Source: Lysobacterales bacterium (GTDB taxonomy: Bacteria > Pseudomonadota > Gammaproteobacteria > Xanthomonadales > Ahniellaceae). Taken from it: 64,000 nt of DNA. Position numbers and translations under genes: made by a program. The notes beneath the pieces are model-generated. The model saw nothing but the letters and a program-made list of their open reading frames with translations, did not search any database and had not been told where the DNA came from. The DNA is taken from assembly GCA_038330365.1 (NCBI GenBank), contig JBBQNY010000001.1, positions 3,665-67,664 of the forward strand. The letters are read 5' to 3'. Of the stretch, positions 1-8,012 are shown piece by piece (positions within the stretch are counted from its first letter, which is position 1; each line of letters opens with the position of its first letter).

Positions 1-410
1 CGCTTCGACAGCCAGGTGTCCGCAAGCGTCTTGTTCATCGCCTGGGAGGAAACGCGTGACTCGTTGCTCTCCAGCGGGCTCACTTCGACCGCGCCGTCAA
101 AACCCTTGGGCACGTCCAGGAGTTTCAGACGAACGCCGCCGAGTTCCATGATGGAGCCGCGCTTCACAATGGCGTTGCGTTCGCTGCGACCGTCGACCCG
201 CACGCCAGTCACGACCTTGGATTCGATTCGGGCCTTGCCGTTGCCGAGCGCGGTCAGAGTCGCGTGCGCCAGCGCCGCGCGCAGGTCGGTCAGGGCCACG
301 ACCTGGTCCGCGCCGCGGCCGATGGTCAGCGTGTCGCCGTCGAACGCGAAGTCCTGGTAACCGACGTTGCCTTTGCCCTTGCGGGTTATGCGGCGTACAA
401 ACCAACGCAT
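1..410 (-). CDS. FHA-domain protein, N-terminal part only (gene runs off the left edge)
   Basis: Not in the ORF track because it has no stop in the window. The reverse complement of 410..1 reads ATG MRWFVRRITRKGKGNVGYQDFAFDGDTLTIGRGADQVVALTDLRAALAHATL...VRVDGRSERNAIVKRGSIMELGGVRLKLLDVPKG... and stays open to position 1. Third codon positions are G/C-rich. The TIGR..D..L.D....HA...G..V...L..G..LxLG pattern is FHA-like. It starts 12 nt after the stop of the upstream gene. Confidence 0.6.
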   Translation of the reverse strand, partial: MRWFVRRITRKGKGNVGYQDFAFDGDTLTIGRGADQVVALTDLRAALAHATLTALGNGKARIESKVVTGVRVDGRSERNAIVKRGSIMELGGVRLKLLDVPKGFDGAVEVSPLESNESRVSSQAMNKTLADTWLSK

Positions 411-422
411 GCTTTAAGCGTC

Positions 423-1328
423 CTACCAGTAGAAGAAGACAATGATGATGTGCGCCGTCAACGCTGCCAGCAGCGCGAACGTCAGGGGCACATGTACGTA
501 CAGCCACAGTTCCATCAGGGACTGCAGCTGGATGTCGCGTCCGACCCGTGAAGCGAGGGATTTCTTGCGCGAAAGTGCGTCAACCAGCTTGCGCATGCCC
601 TCGGCCTGGGTGTCGGTCGCCTTGGCGGCGAGGAAGTCCACCATCGCGTACATGGTCGGCATTTCCTGTGTCTTGGGCTCGCCGGCCTGGCCTTCCTTTT
701 CGCGCTTCTCGAGCGCGTCGCGTACCTGACGGAGCGCCTGTTCGGAGGCATCGTTGGTCCGCAGCATCTCGAGCACGCCACCTCCGAAGTGGGTGTTGTC
801 TATCGATCGGGCCACGATGGCGTGCAGGCGCGCATCGATTCCATCCGCGAGTTGCAGAGATTGCTGGTCGAGACTGGATATTTCCTCCAGCATGGTCTGG
901 CGTGATGCGTTCTCGCGATTGCGCGTCATCAGCGCGGGATAGCGCAGGTAGGCAAAAACGCCGAAGAACCCGGACAGGATGACCAGTGTCATCAGCGTGA
1001 ATGCCAGCGTGTGGACATTCCAGCCGAACTGGAATCCCGAATGAAGCAACGCGATCAGTAGCAGCGCCGTGCCCAGGTACACATGCGCCGAGAGCCAGCC
1101 ACCGACCGAACCAAAGTTGCTCGCGTACGCTCGCTTGCGCAATCCAAAGGTCGTCAGCCAGTAGATCAGCAGCGCACCGATGGTTCCGAGCGTGTAACCG
1201 AGCCAGGTACCGCCGTTCGGATGGGGCGATGGGTCGTGCCAGATATACGCCACGATGCTGCCGAGCAGCAAAACCAGCGCGACCCAGAGATAGCGCTTGT
1301 TGGCGTAGGTGAGGAAGGAGTCATGCAT
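423..1328 (-). CDS. integral membrane protein with two HX13H helices (putative di-haem cytochrome b-like)
   Basis: 301-aa ORF with an ATG start. It has four N-terminal hydrophobic helices, a ~130-aa polar/coiled segment and one C-terminal helix. His82-x13-His96 (AHVYLGTALLLIALLH) and His279-x13-His293 (VHVPLTFALLAALTAH) are read directly. I recognise no named family. Confidence 0.85.
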   Translation of the reverse strand: MHDSFLTYANKRYLWVALVLLLGSIVAYIWHDPSPHPNGGTWLGYTLGTIGALLIYWLTTFGLRKRAYASNFGSVGGWLSAHVYLGTALLLIALLHSGFQFGWNVHTLAFTLMTLVILSGFFGVFAYLRYPALMTRNRENASRQTMLEEISSLDQQSLQLADGIDARLHAIVARSIDNTHFGGGVLEMLRTNDASEQALRQVRDALEKREKEGQAGEPKTQEMPTMYAMVDFLAAKATDTQAEGMRKLVDALSRKKSLASRVGRDIQLQSLMELWLYVHVPLTFALLAALTAHIIIVFFYW

Positions 1329-1379
1329 GAGGTTGAGCGATCTCCCTGAGGGTCCTTGTGCAGCGCGATGGATCGGACT

Positions 1380-3791
1380 TCATCGACGCGACTGCGCATA
1401 GGCCGGGAATTCCTCGGGCGAGATACGCACTGCAGCGCCCGTTGGACACGCTCGGACACAGGCAGGCCCACCGGCGAGATCCTTGCACATGTCGCACTTG
1501 ACGGCTTTTTTCGGCGCATCTTTCTTGGCCGCGGCGGTTTTCGCGTCGAGCTTCACTTCGCCCGGTCCCGGCCCCGCGCCGAACATGAGCCAGGAAAGCA
1601 GTCCCGGTTTCGTCGGCGGCTTGGACGCCATCTGGATCACCCCGTAGGGGCAGTTGCGCTTGCAATTGCCGCATCCGATGCAGTTGTCGGCAATGAAGAC
1701 TTCACCATTGGGCGCCCGGTGGATGGCGTCCGGCGGGCAGTCCTTCATGCAATGCGGATGTTCGCAGTGGCGGCAGGAGGTCGGCACGTGGATTTCCGCG
1801 AAACTCGGTCCGGCTTCGCGGTCGAGCCTTGAGGTACCCGCGTGCGTCTCCGCGCAAGCCTTCTCGCAATTGTCGCAACGCACGCAGAGCGACTCGTCGA
1901 TCAACAGAATGTCGGTCGCCTCACCCGCTCCCTGCGAGATGAGGAACGAGATCAGGTCGCCACCCGTAGGCAGATTCTGCAGCGCCAGGTTGGCGGCCGC
2001 TCGCTGGCGATATTCGGACTGGATCCGCAGTCGCAAAATCGGGTTCTTCAGCATCAGTTCCTTGAATGCAGTCCCGTCAACGCGAACGGTTTCCGTGGCG
2101 ATCGCGGCGGTAGCGGTGGCAGTGCGTTTGCCTTCGCCCATCATGGTCATCTCGCCGACGTAATTGCCGGCTGCGACGTACGAGAGCACCACCTCGCGTC
2201 CACCGATTTGCCGGGAGATGGTCAGCGAACCCACGCGCACGAGATGCAGGGAATCCCCTTCCTCGCCTTCCCGAAACAGCACGTCGCCGGCCTTGAACTT
2301 CTCGATGCGCGCCTCTTCGACCACGGAAGCAAGCTCGGCGTAGGAGGACTCCGGTGCGAAGCGACTCTGGATCGCGCGCAGAATGAAGATCGAATCGATT
2401 TCGCGCTTGATCGCCTCGACCGAGTTGATGAGCTTGTTCATGGACCGGCGTGGGGTCTCCACCAGCACGCAACCGGCGCCGGCGAGGACGGTGGCGGAGC
2501 GACGGCGACCCGAGATGAGACTCATCTCGCCGAAGAATTCACCACTCCCGAGCGAGACACGTTTCTCCTCGCTGATCACGACGTCCACCTGGCCATCGAC
2601 GATGGAATAGAAACTGTCGGTGTAGTCGTTGCGGGCGAAGATCTCTTCACCCGGTGCGGGTGTGCGGATCTCCGAGTCCAGCATGAACTCGCGCAGCTGC
2701 AGTGGCGTGATGTGCGAGAGCAGGCGAACATTTTTCTGCACGCGTTCGAGCGCCACCTGGACCGTTGTGAATCCGGGCATGCGACCGAACTTGCTGCGCA
2801 ACAGCGGTTCGTCCGCGGGTTCGATGGGGTTGCCGAGAATGTGCTCGACAACTTCGTAACCCTGGTTCATCGCCTGCTTGATGAGCGGATAGCCACCCAG
2901 CGCGCCCACGATGTAGAGACCCGGAACGTTGGATTCGTATTTCGGACTGATCGCGGGAACCGAGGCGGGATCCTTGTTGGGGAATTCCACGCCACAGCCC
3001 TCGACGAAAGAGCGGGGGGCGGTGGCGCCGAGCCGCGCGATGATGCGGTCCAGCGCGATTTCGGCCTTGCCGTTCGGGGTGGCGAGCGCCATGCGGCCCG
3101 GCTTCTTGCCGTCGGTGACCGCTTCCACCAGTTCGGGCGCAGAACCGAAGTAGCACTCGATGCGCCCTTCCTCGATCGCCTTGGTGATCGCGGAGAGATT
3201 GCCCTCCTTGGCGCGCGCGAACTCGTCGCGGCGGTTGATGATGATGACCTTGTTGTGCTCGGCCAGCGCCACGGCATTCTCGATGGCCGCGTCGCCCGCG
3301 CCAACGATGACGATGGTCTCGCCTTCGTATTCGTCCGGATCGTCGAGCTGGTACTGCACGAACTCGAGGTCTTCCCCCGTCACACCGAGTTTGCGGATGT
3401 TGCCCTGCAGACCGATGCCCATGACCACGGTGTCGGCTTCAATCTCGCGCCCGTTGGTGCATTCGAGCGCGAAATGCCCATCGGGCTGCCGCTGTATGGA
3501 CTTGACCTCGCAGCCGTGGGCGACGTTCGTCTTGTGTTGCGCGATGCCCTGGTCCCATTCACCGAGGATCTTCTCGCGCGTGCCGGCGGCAAAGGTAAGC
3601 GGAGAACGCAGCGGCAGCGCGTCTGGCTCCGCCATGACGTGCTTGCCCTTCTGGTACCGGTAGATCGTGTTGGAGAGGTGCGGCTCGCTTTCGAGCAGAA
3701 TATGGTTGACCCCAAGCTCGGCGGCGCGTGCCGCGGCGCTCAGTCCGCCCGGCCCGGATCCGACGATGGCGATCCGAAATCGCTCTGTCAT
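1380..3791 (-). CDS. FAD/NAD(P)-dependent pyridine nucleotide-disulfide-type oxidoreductase fused to two cNMP-binding domains and a 4x[4Fe-4S] ferredoxin domain
   Basis: 803 aa. N-terminus IAIVGSGPGGLSAA, second Rossmann motif IVIVGAGDAAIENA. Two phosphate-binding-cassette-like motifs: FGEMSLISGRRRSATV and VGEMTMMGEGKRTATA. The C-terminus has CVRCDNCEKAC, CRHCEHPHCMKDCP, CIGCGNCKRNCP and CDMC-x8-CVRACP (16 Cys). Confidence 0.9.
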   Translation of the reverse strand: MTERFRIAIVGSGPGGLSAAARAAELGVNHILLESEPHLSNTIYRYQKGKHVMAEPDALPLRSPLTFAAGTREKILGEWDQGIAQHKTNVAHGCEVKSIQRQPDGHFALECTNGREIEADTVVMGIGLQGNIRKLGVTGEDLEFVQYQLDDPDEYEGETIVIVGAGDAAIENAVALAEHNKVIIINRRDEFARAKEGNLSAITKAIEEGRIECYFGSAPELVEAVTDGKKPGRMALATPNGKAEIALDRIIARLGATAPRSFVEGCGVEFPNKDPASVPAISPKYESNVPGLYIVGALGGYPLIKQAMNQGYEVVEHILGNPIEPADEPLLRSKFGRMPGFTTVQVALERVQKNVRLLSHITPLQLREFMLDSEIRTPAPGEEIFARNDYTDSFYSIVDGQVDVVISEEKRVSLGSGEFFGEMSLISGRRRSATVLAGAGCVLVETPRRSMNKLINSVEAIKREIDSIFILRAIQSRFAPESSYAELASVVEEARIEKFKAGDVLFREGEEGDSLHLVRVGSLTISRQIGGREVVLSYVAAGNYVGEMTMMGEGKRTATATAAIATETVRVDGTAFKELMLKNPILRLRIQSEYRQRAAANLALQNLPTGGDLISFLISQGAGEATDILLIDESLCVRCDNCEKACAETHAGTSRLDREAGPSFAEIHVPTSCRHCEHPHCMKDCPPDAIHRAPNGEVFIADNCIGCGNCKRNCPYGVIQMASKPPTKPGLLSWLMFGAGPGPGEVKLDAKTAAAKKDAPKKAVKCDMCKDLAGGPACVRACPTGAAVRISPEEFPAYAQSRR

Positions 3792-4019
3792 TCAAGTCCC
3801 CCCTTCTTCGCCAACCCATGATAGACCCAACCGGCGGCATGAATGCGAGCGTCTGGCGCACGCGCGCATCGGGATTGCGGATTGGAGGCATTCTCGGCCA
3901 TGCTTGCCGTCCGATATCCGACGGGCGTTCGCGCCACGGCGGATCTCGCATGCACGGGTTCGTGGAAGTCTCTCGTCCGCGCTCCCCTCGATCGCCACAC
4001 TTGCGCAGGGTTGCACTTC

Positions 4020-5693
4020 ATGAGTCAGCGTTTCGCCGAGTTCCAGTCCGGCCTGCCGCGCTCGGAGACGGCCGGCGACCCGGTGTTGCCGGTCGACACA
4101 AAGCGGGTGGGTGCATGGATCGACGCCTTGCCCCTCGCCAACGCGCCTGCGGCCACCAGCCAGCTGCTTGATGGGCTCTCACGCCTCAACCGGCAGTCGG
4201 TTGCAGGCACGGACCGGCTCGCGGTGATGGAGCTGATGCGGCGACCCGTGCTGATGATGAGCGAGGTGCTTGACCGGCAGGTCATCGGGGCGAGCTTTCC
4301 TCTGCCGGCCGCCAAGGTCGCCATGGCCGGCCAGCTCATTGCGCTGCAACACGGGTTGGCTGTCGGCTATCGACTGGCGCTGCGCGAGATTGCGGGTGCC
4401 GACGGGCGCATCTCCTTTCTCCGCGGCAAGGCGGCCACCACCGCGGCAGTGCGTGGCAGCCTGCATCTCGCCGAGCTTCTGTGTCGCGATTACCTGATCT
4501 ACGCGAGCCCGGCGCCCGGTGCCTGGCGGGATCTTCACCGGCTGCATGCCTTCGCCGAGGAAGCGGGAATTGCCGGCAAGTCGCTCGAGGATCCCTTGCG
4601 AAAGGATATGGAATCCTCCACCAGCATCAATTACATGACGGCACTGCTGCACGCGCTGAGCAACCCGTACCGGATGTCGCAGCGCGATATCGTCGATGCA
4701 TTCGGGGTTGCGCGCATCCTCGCGCGGCAAACGCGCTTCGACATCGGCTGCACCGGCTCCAACAGTTTCGTGGTGGCGCCAGGCGAGGATCAGGGCCCCG
4801 GCTATCTGCCGGAAGAGCGCGCAGTTGCGGACGCCGCCGCGCTCTGCGTCGATCTCGAACCGGTGACCGCGTGGTTGGATCACGAACTCACCGGGCGGGC
4901 GATCGACGAACCTTTCGTGCTGCGCACCAAGGGTTCGGCGTCGATGTCGGTGACTCCGGAGGCGCTCACCCGCATGGTCTCGAACTGGCGACCGGCGCCG
5001 GAGCGCGAGCACCAGAGACTGTCCGCGGGACATCAGCTCGACACACTGGTCGGATTGTCCGCGCTTCACCATGCACTCGCGGGCGGCCTGGATGCCGATG
5101 CCATCGAACGCAGTTTCGGTGGCGAGTCCAGGCGCATTGGCGTGCAATCAACTGCCACCTGGAGCGAGCGCTACGGCGAGCCGCAACGTCCGCAGCGCCA
5201 TGCCGCACGCGTGCTCGACCAGAGTCTCGGCGGCTACCGGCTGGAATGGGACAACGTGGTCGGAGCGCGCCTCAGGGTCGGTGAAGTCGTGGGACTTGCT
5301 CCGGCCGGGCTGGCAGATGATGAGACCGACTGGATGGTGGGGCTCGTGCGCTGGATGCGCATCCAACCCGATGGCAGCGTCGATGCCGGGGTCGAGCTGC
5401 TTTCGCGACAGGCCCGGGCGGCGGCCCTCAGTACCTACGACGCGCAGCAGCGCAAGTCGCAGCCGCTGCGGGCGATCTCGATGCGTCCCAGCAAGGGCGG
5501 TGACGAAACGCGCGAAGTACTGGTGCCCAATCGCGTCGATCGCGGCGTGGTGATGTATCGACTGATCACGGCCCCCAATCCCTACGATCCGCTCGACGAG
5601 GCTTCACGCGAACGATTCGATGCCATGGACCCCATCGAGAACAACGGCGCCTACCTGCACGTTCGGACATCGCCACGGGATTCCGGGACCTGA
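4020..5693 (+). CDS. hypothetical protein with C-terminal PilZ-like motif
   Basis: The track ORF is 3843..5693. I prefer the ATG at 4020 (MSQRFAEF...), which leaves a 228-bp divergent promoter region. Near the C-terminus are RHAAR-VL-DQSLGG (RxxxR and DxSxxG) and an upstream EREHQR. The rest matches no family I can name. Confidence 0.7.
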   Translation: MSQRFAEFQSGLPRSETAGDPVLPVDTKRVGAWIDALPLANAPAATSQLLDGLSRLNRQSVAGTDRLAVMELMRRPVLMMSEVLDRQVIGASFPLPAAKVAMAGQLIALQHGLAVGYRLALREIAGADGRISFLRGKAATTAAVRGSLHLAELLCRDYLIYASPAPGAWRDLHRLHAFAEEAGIAGKSLEDPLRKDMESSTSINYMTALLHALSNPYRMSQRDIVDAFGVARILARQTRFDIGCTGSNSFVVAPGEDQGPGYLPEERAVADAAALCVDLEPVTAWLDHELTGRAIDEPFVLRTKGSASMSVTPEALTRMVSNWRPAPEREHQRLSAGHQLDTLVGLSALHHALAGGLDADAIERSFGGESRRIGVQSTATWSERYGEPQRPQRHAARVLDQSLGGYRLEWDNVVGARLRVGEVVGLAPAGLADDETDWMVGLVRWMRIQPDGSVDAGVELLSRQARAAALSTYDAQQRKSQPLRAISMRPSKGGDETREVLVPNRVDRGVVMYRLITAPNPYDPLDEASRERFDAMDPIENNGAYLHVRTSPRDSGT

Positions 5694-5795
5694 CCGGCAG
5701 AAATCGACCCGCAAGTCGGTCGGCGCCGGCTCACCGCCGATAGACTTGAGGACTCTCTGAAATTTTTCAGAGAATTCCCGAGTACCTGGATACCG

Positions 5796-7094
5796 ATGAG
5801 TTCCGCTTCCTCCAGCGCACCTGCATCTGTTGCCGCTACGGCATCGCCCGCGGTCGGAAATAATGCTGTAGACGCCTTCGAGGGGCGACGGCTGCGACGC
5901 AGCGTCAACATCGCTGGCGTCGAAGTCGGTGGCGGCGCGCCCGTCGTCGTGCAATCGATGACCAATACCGACACGGCCGATGTGGATGGCACCACCCGGC
6001 AGGTGGCGGAACTCTGGCGCGCAGGCTCGGAGCTGGTCCGGATCACCGTGAACACGCACGAGGCCGCCGCTGCTGTGCCCCGTATCCGCGAGAAGCTGGA
6101 CGCACTCAATGTGCGCGCTCCGCTGATCGGCGACTTCCATTACAACGGCCATGAATTGCTGGCACGGGAACCGGCCTGTGCCGACGCGCTGGCCAAGTAC
6201 CGCATCAATCCCGGCAATGTCGGCTTCGGTCGCAAGCGGGATACGCAGTTTGCCGCCATCGTCGAGCAGGCCATCGCCCGTTCGAAGCCGGTCCGTATCG
6301 GCGTCAACTGGGGCTCGCTTGACCGCCAGCTGGCAGCGCAGCTGATGGACGAGAATGCGGCACGCGCGACTCCCTGGCCGGCCGATGCCGTGTTGCGGGA
6401 GGCGCTGCTGCGTTCCGCGATCGACTCGGCCGAACGCGCGGTTGAACTCGGCCTCGCGCGCAATGCGATCGTCCTTTCCTGCAAGGTTTCGGGCGTGCCT
6501 GACCTGATCCGCGTCTATCGCCAACTCGCGGATCGCTGCGACTACGCGTTGCATCTGGGATTGACGGAAGCCGGCATCGGCAGCAAGGGCATTGTCGCCT
6601 CGGCGGCGGCGCTTTCGATTCTGCTGGGCGAGGGCATCGGCGACACTATCCGCATGTCACTGACGCCGGCGCCGGGAGAATCGCGCACACAGGAAGTGAT
6701 CGTTGCGCAGGAACTGCTGCAGACCATGGGGCTCAGGGCATTCGTCCCCATGGTCACGGCCTGTCCGGGTTGCGGCCGCACCACCAGTGAATTCTTCCAG
6801 CACCTGGCGCAAGTGGTACAGCAGCATGTACGTGCGCGCATGCCGGAGTGGAAGCTTGCCCATCCGGGCGCGGAGAACCTGACGCTGGCCGTCATGGGCT
6901 GCGTCGTCAATGGTCCCGGCGAGAGTCGTCACGCCCATATCGGTATCTCATTGCCGGGCACAGGGGAGGCGCCTGTGGCGCCCGTTTTCATCGACGGCGA
7001 GAAGGCGATGACGCTGCGCGGCGATGCAATCGCGGAAGAGTTTCTGGGTGTGATCGACGACTACGTCGCCCGCACCTACGTGCCAACCCGCTGA
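5796..7094 (+). CDS. ispG: 4-hydroxy-3-methylbut-2-en-1-yl diphosphate synthase (flavodoxin)
   Basis: [38 protein letters not shown] and [11 protein letters not shown] are typical IspG/GcpE motifs. The long Xanthomonas-like form. Confidence 0.95.
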   Translation: MSSASSSAPASVAATASPAVGNNAVDAFEGRRLRRSVNIAGVEVGGGAPVVVQSMTNTDTADVDGTTRQVAELWRAGSELVRITVNTHEAAAAVPRIREKLDALNVRAPLIGDFHYNGHELLAREPACADALAKYRINPGNVGFGRKRDTQFAAIVEQAIARSKPVRIGVNWGSLDRQLAAQLMDENAARATPWPADAVLREALLRSAIDSAERAVELGLARNAIVLSCKVSGVPDLIRVYRQLADRCDYALHLGLTEAGIGSKGIVASAAALSILLGEGIGDTIRMSLTPAPGESRTQEVIVAQELLQTMGLRAFVPMVTACPGCGRTTSEFFQHLAQVVQQHVRARMPEWKLAHPGAENLTLAVMGCVVNGPGESRHAHIGISLPGTGEAPVAPVFIDGEKAMTLRGDAIAEEFLGVIDDYVARTYVPTR

Positions 7095-7115
7095 CGCCAG
7101 CGTGCAACCGCGGGA

Positions 7116-8012
7116 TCACGCCAGCGTGTTGGCGTCGGCCGCGATGGCGCGCCTGGCCAGCACGGCTTCACGGTGCGCGATATAGGCGTTGGCGCCAAAC
7201 ACGACCAGTACTCCGGCGATCGTCCAGCGATCCACCACTTCGCCGAACAGTGCGAATCCCGCCAGAGCCACAATCGGCAGCTGCATGAAACTGATCGGTG
7301 TCAGTGCCGACACCTCGCCGATCCTGAAAGCCCGGGTCCACAGCATGTGCCCGGCCGTACCGAAGGCGCCGGTGACGATGACCCAGAACCAACCATTCGG
7401 GTCCGGCCACGTCCATACCCACAGCGCGGTGGGCAAGGACAGGGGCACCCACAGCAATGTGGTCATCAGCACGATCGCGTCGGGTCGCTCGGTGCGCGAG
7501 AGGAACTTTATGCTGATGGCGGTGCAGGCGCTCAGCAGAGCCCCCATCAGTGCCGCCAGCATGCCGGGAGAAACGCTGGTGAACCCGGGCCGCACGATCA
7601 GCAGGATGCCGGCGAAGCCGATGAGAACGGCACTCCAGCGGCGTGCCCGCACCGTCTCCCCGAGTGCGACGGTGGCACCGATGGTGACGAACAGGGGCGT
7701 CGCATAGGAAATCGACACAGCTTGAGCGAGCGGCAGCTGCGAGATGGCCCAGAAAGTGCAAAGCATGGACGTCAGTCCGATCACGCAACGCGCGAAGTAC
7801 AGCGGCAGTTTGCGCGTCTGCAGGAGACCCGGGCCGTGGCGGAAGAGCAGTGGCAGCGCGAACACCAGCCCGAAGAAATTCCGGAAGAAGGCCACTTCGA
7901 AGGCATGCATCTGCTGTGTCGCAAGCCGGATGCAGATGGTCATGAAACCAAACATGACCGTGGCCGCCAGCATCAGACCTGCGGCGCGCATTGGTCCTGG
8001 CCTTGCGGTCAT
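7116..8012 (-). CDS. DMT superfamily (EamA-like) transporter
   Basis: 298 aa and about 10 hydrophobic helices in two similar halves, a typical EamA pattern. The ATG overlaps the stop of the upstream LexA-like gene (ATGA at 8009-8012). Confidence 0.85.
   Translation of the reverse strand: MTARPGPMRAAGLMLAATVMFGFMTICIRLATQQMHAFEVAFFRNFFGLVFALPLLFRHGPGLLQTRKLPLYFARCVIGLTSMLCTFWAISQLPLAQAVSISYATPLFVTIGATVALGETVRARRWSAVLIGFAGILLIVRPGFTSVSPGMLAALMGALLSACTAISIKFLSRTERPDAIVLMTTLLWVPLSLPTALWVWTWPDPNGWFWVIVTGAFGTAGHMLWTRAFRIGEVSALTPISFMQLPIVALAGFALFGEVVDRWTIAGVLVVFGANAYIAHREAVLARRAIAADANTLA

Noticed and set aside
16-507. ORFs 16..360(+) and 97..507(-) at the left edge
   Set aside because: They overlap a much better reading frame (minus strand, 410..1) that has an FHA-like sequence, coding-type third-position bias and operon-like spacing to the upstream gene.
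1842-3821. 659-aa ORF on the plus strand, and similar long ORFs such as 14087..16339(+), 37020..38507(-), 41602..42996(-), 23395..24573(-), 31214..32317(-), 33584..35272(-), 53037..54113(+) and 54419..55561(-)
   Set aside because: Each lies entirely antisense to a gene with clear family motifs. Their products are Arg/Ala/Gly/Pro/His-rich with no recognisable motifs. Stop-codon-poor antisense frames are expected at this GC content, so these are shadow ORFs.
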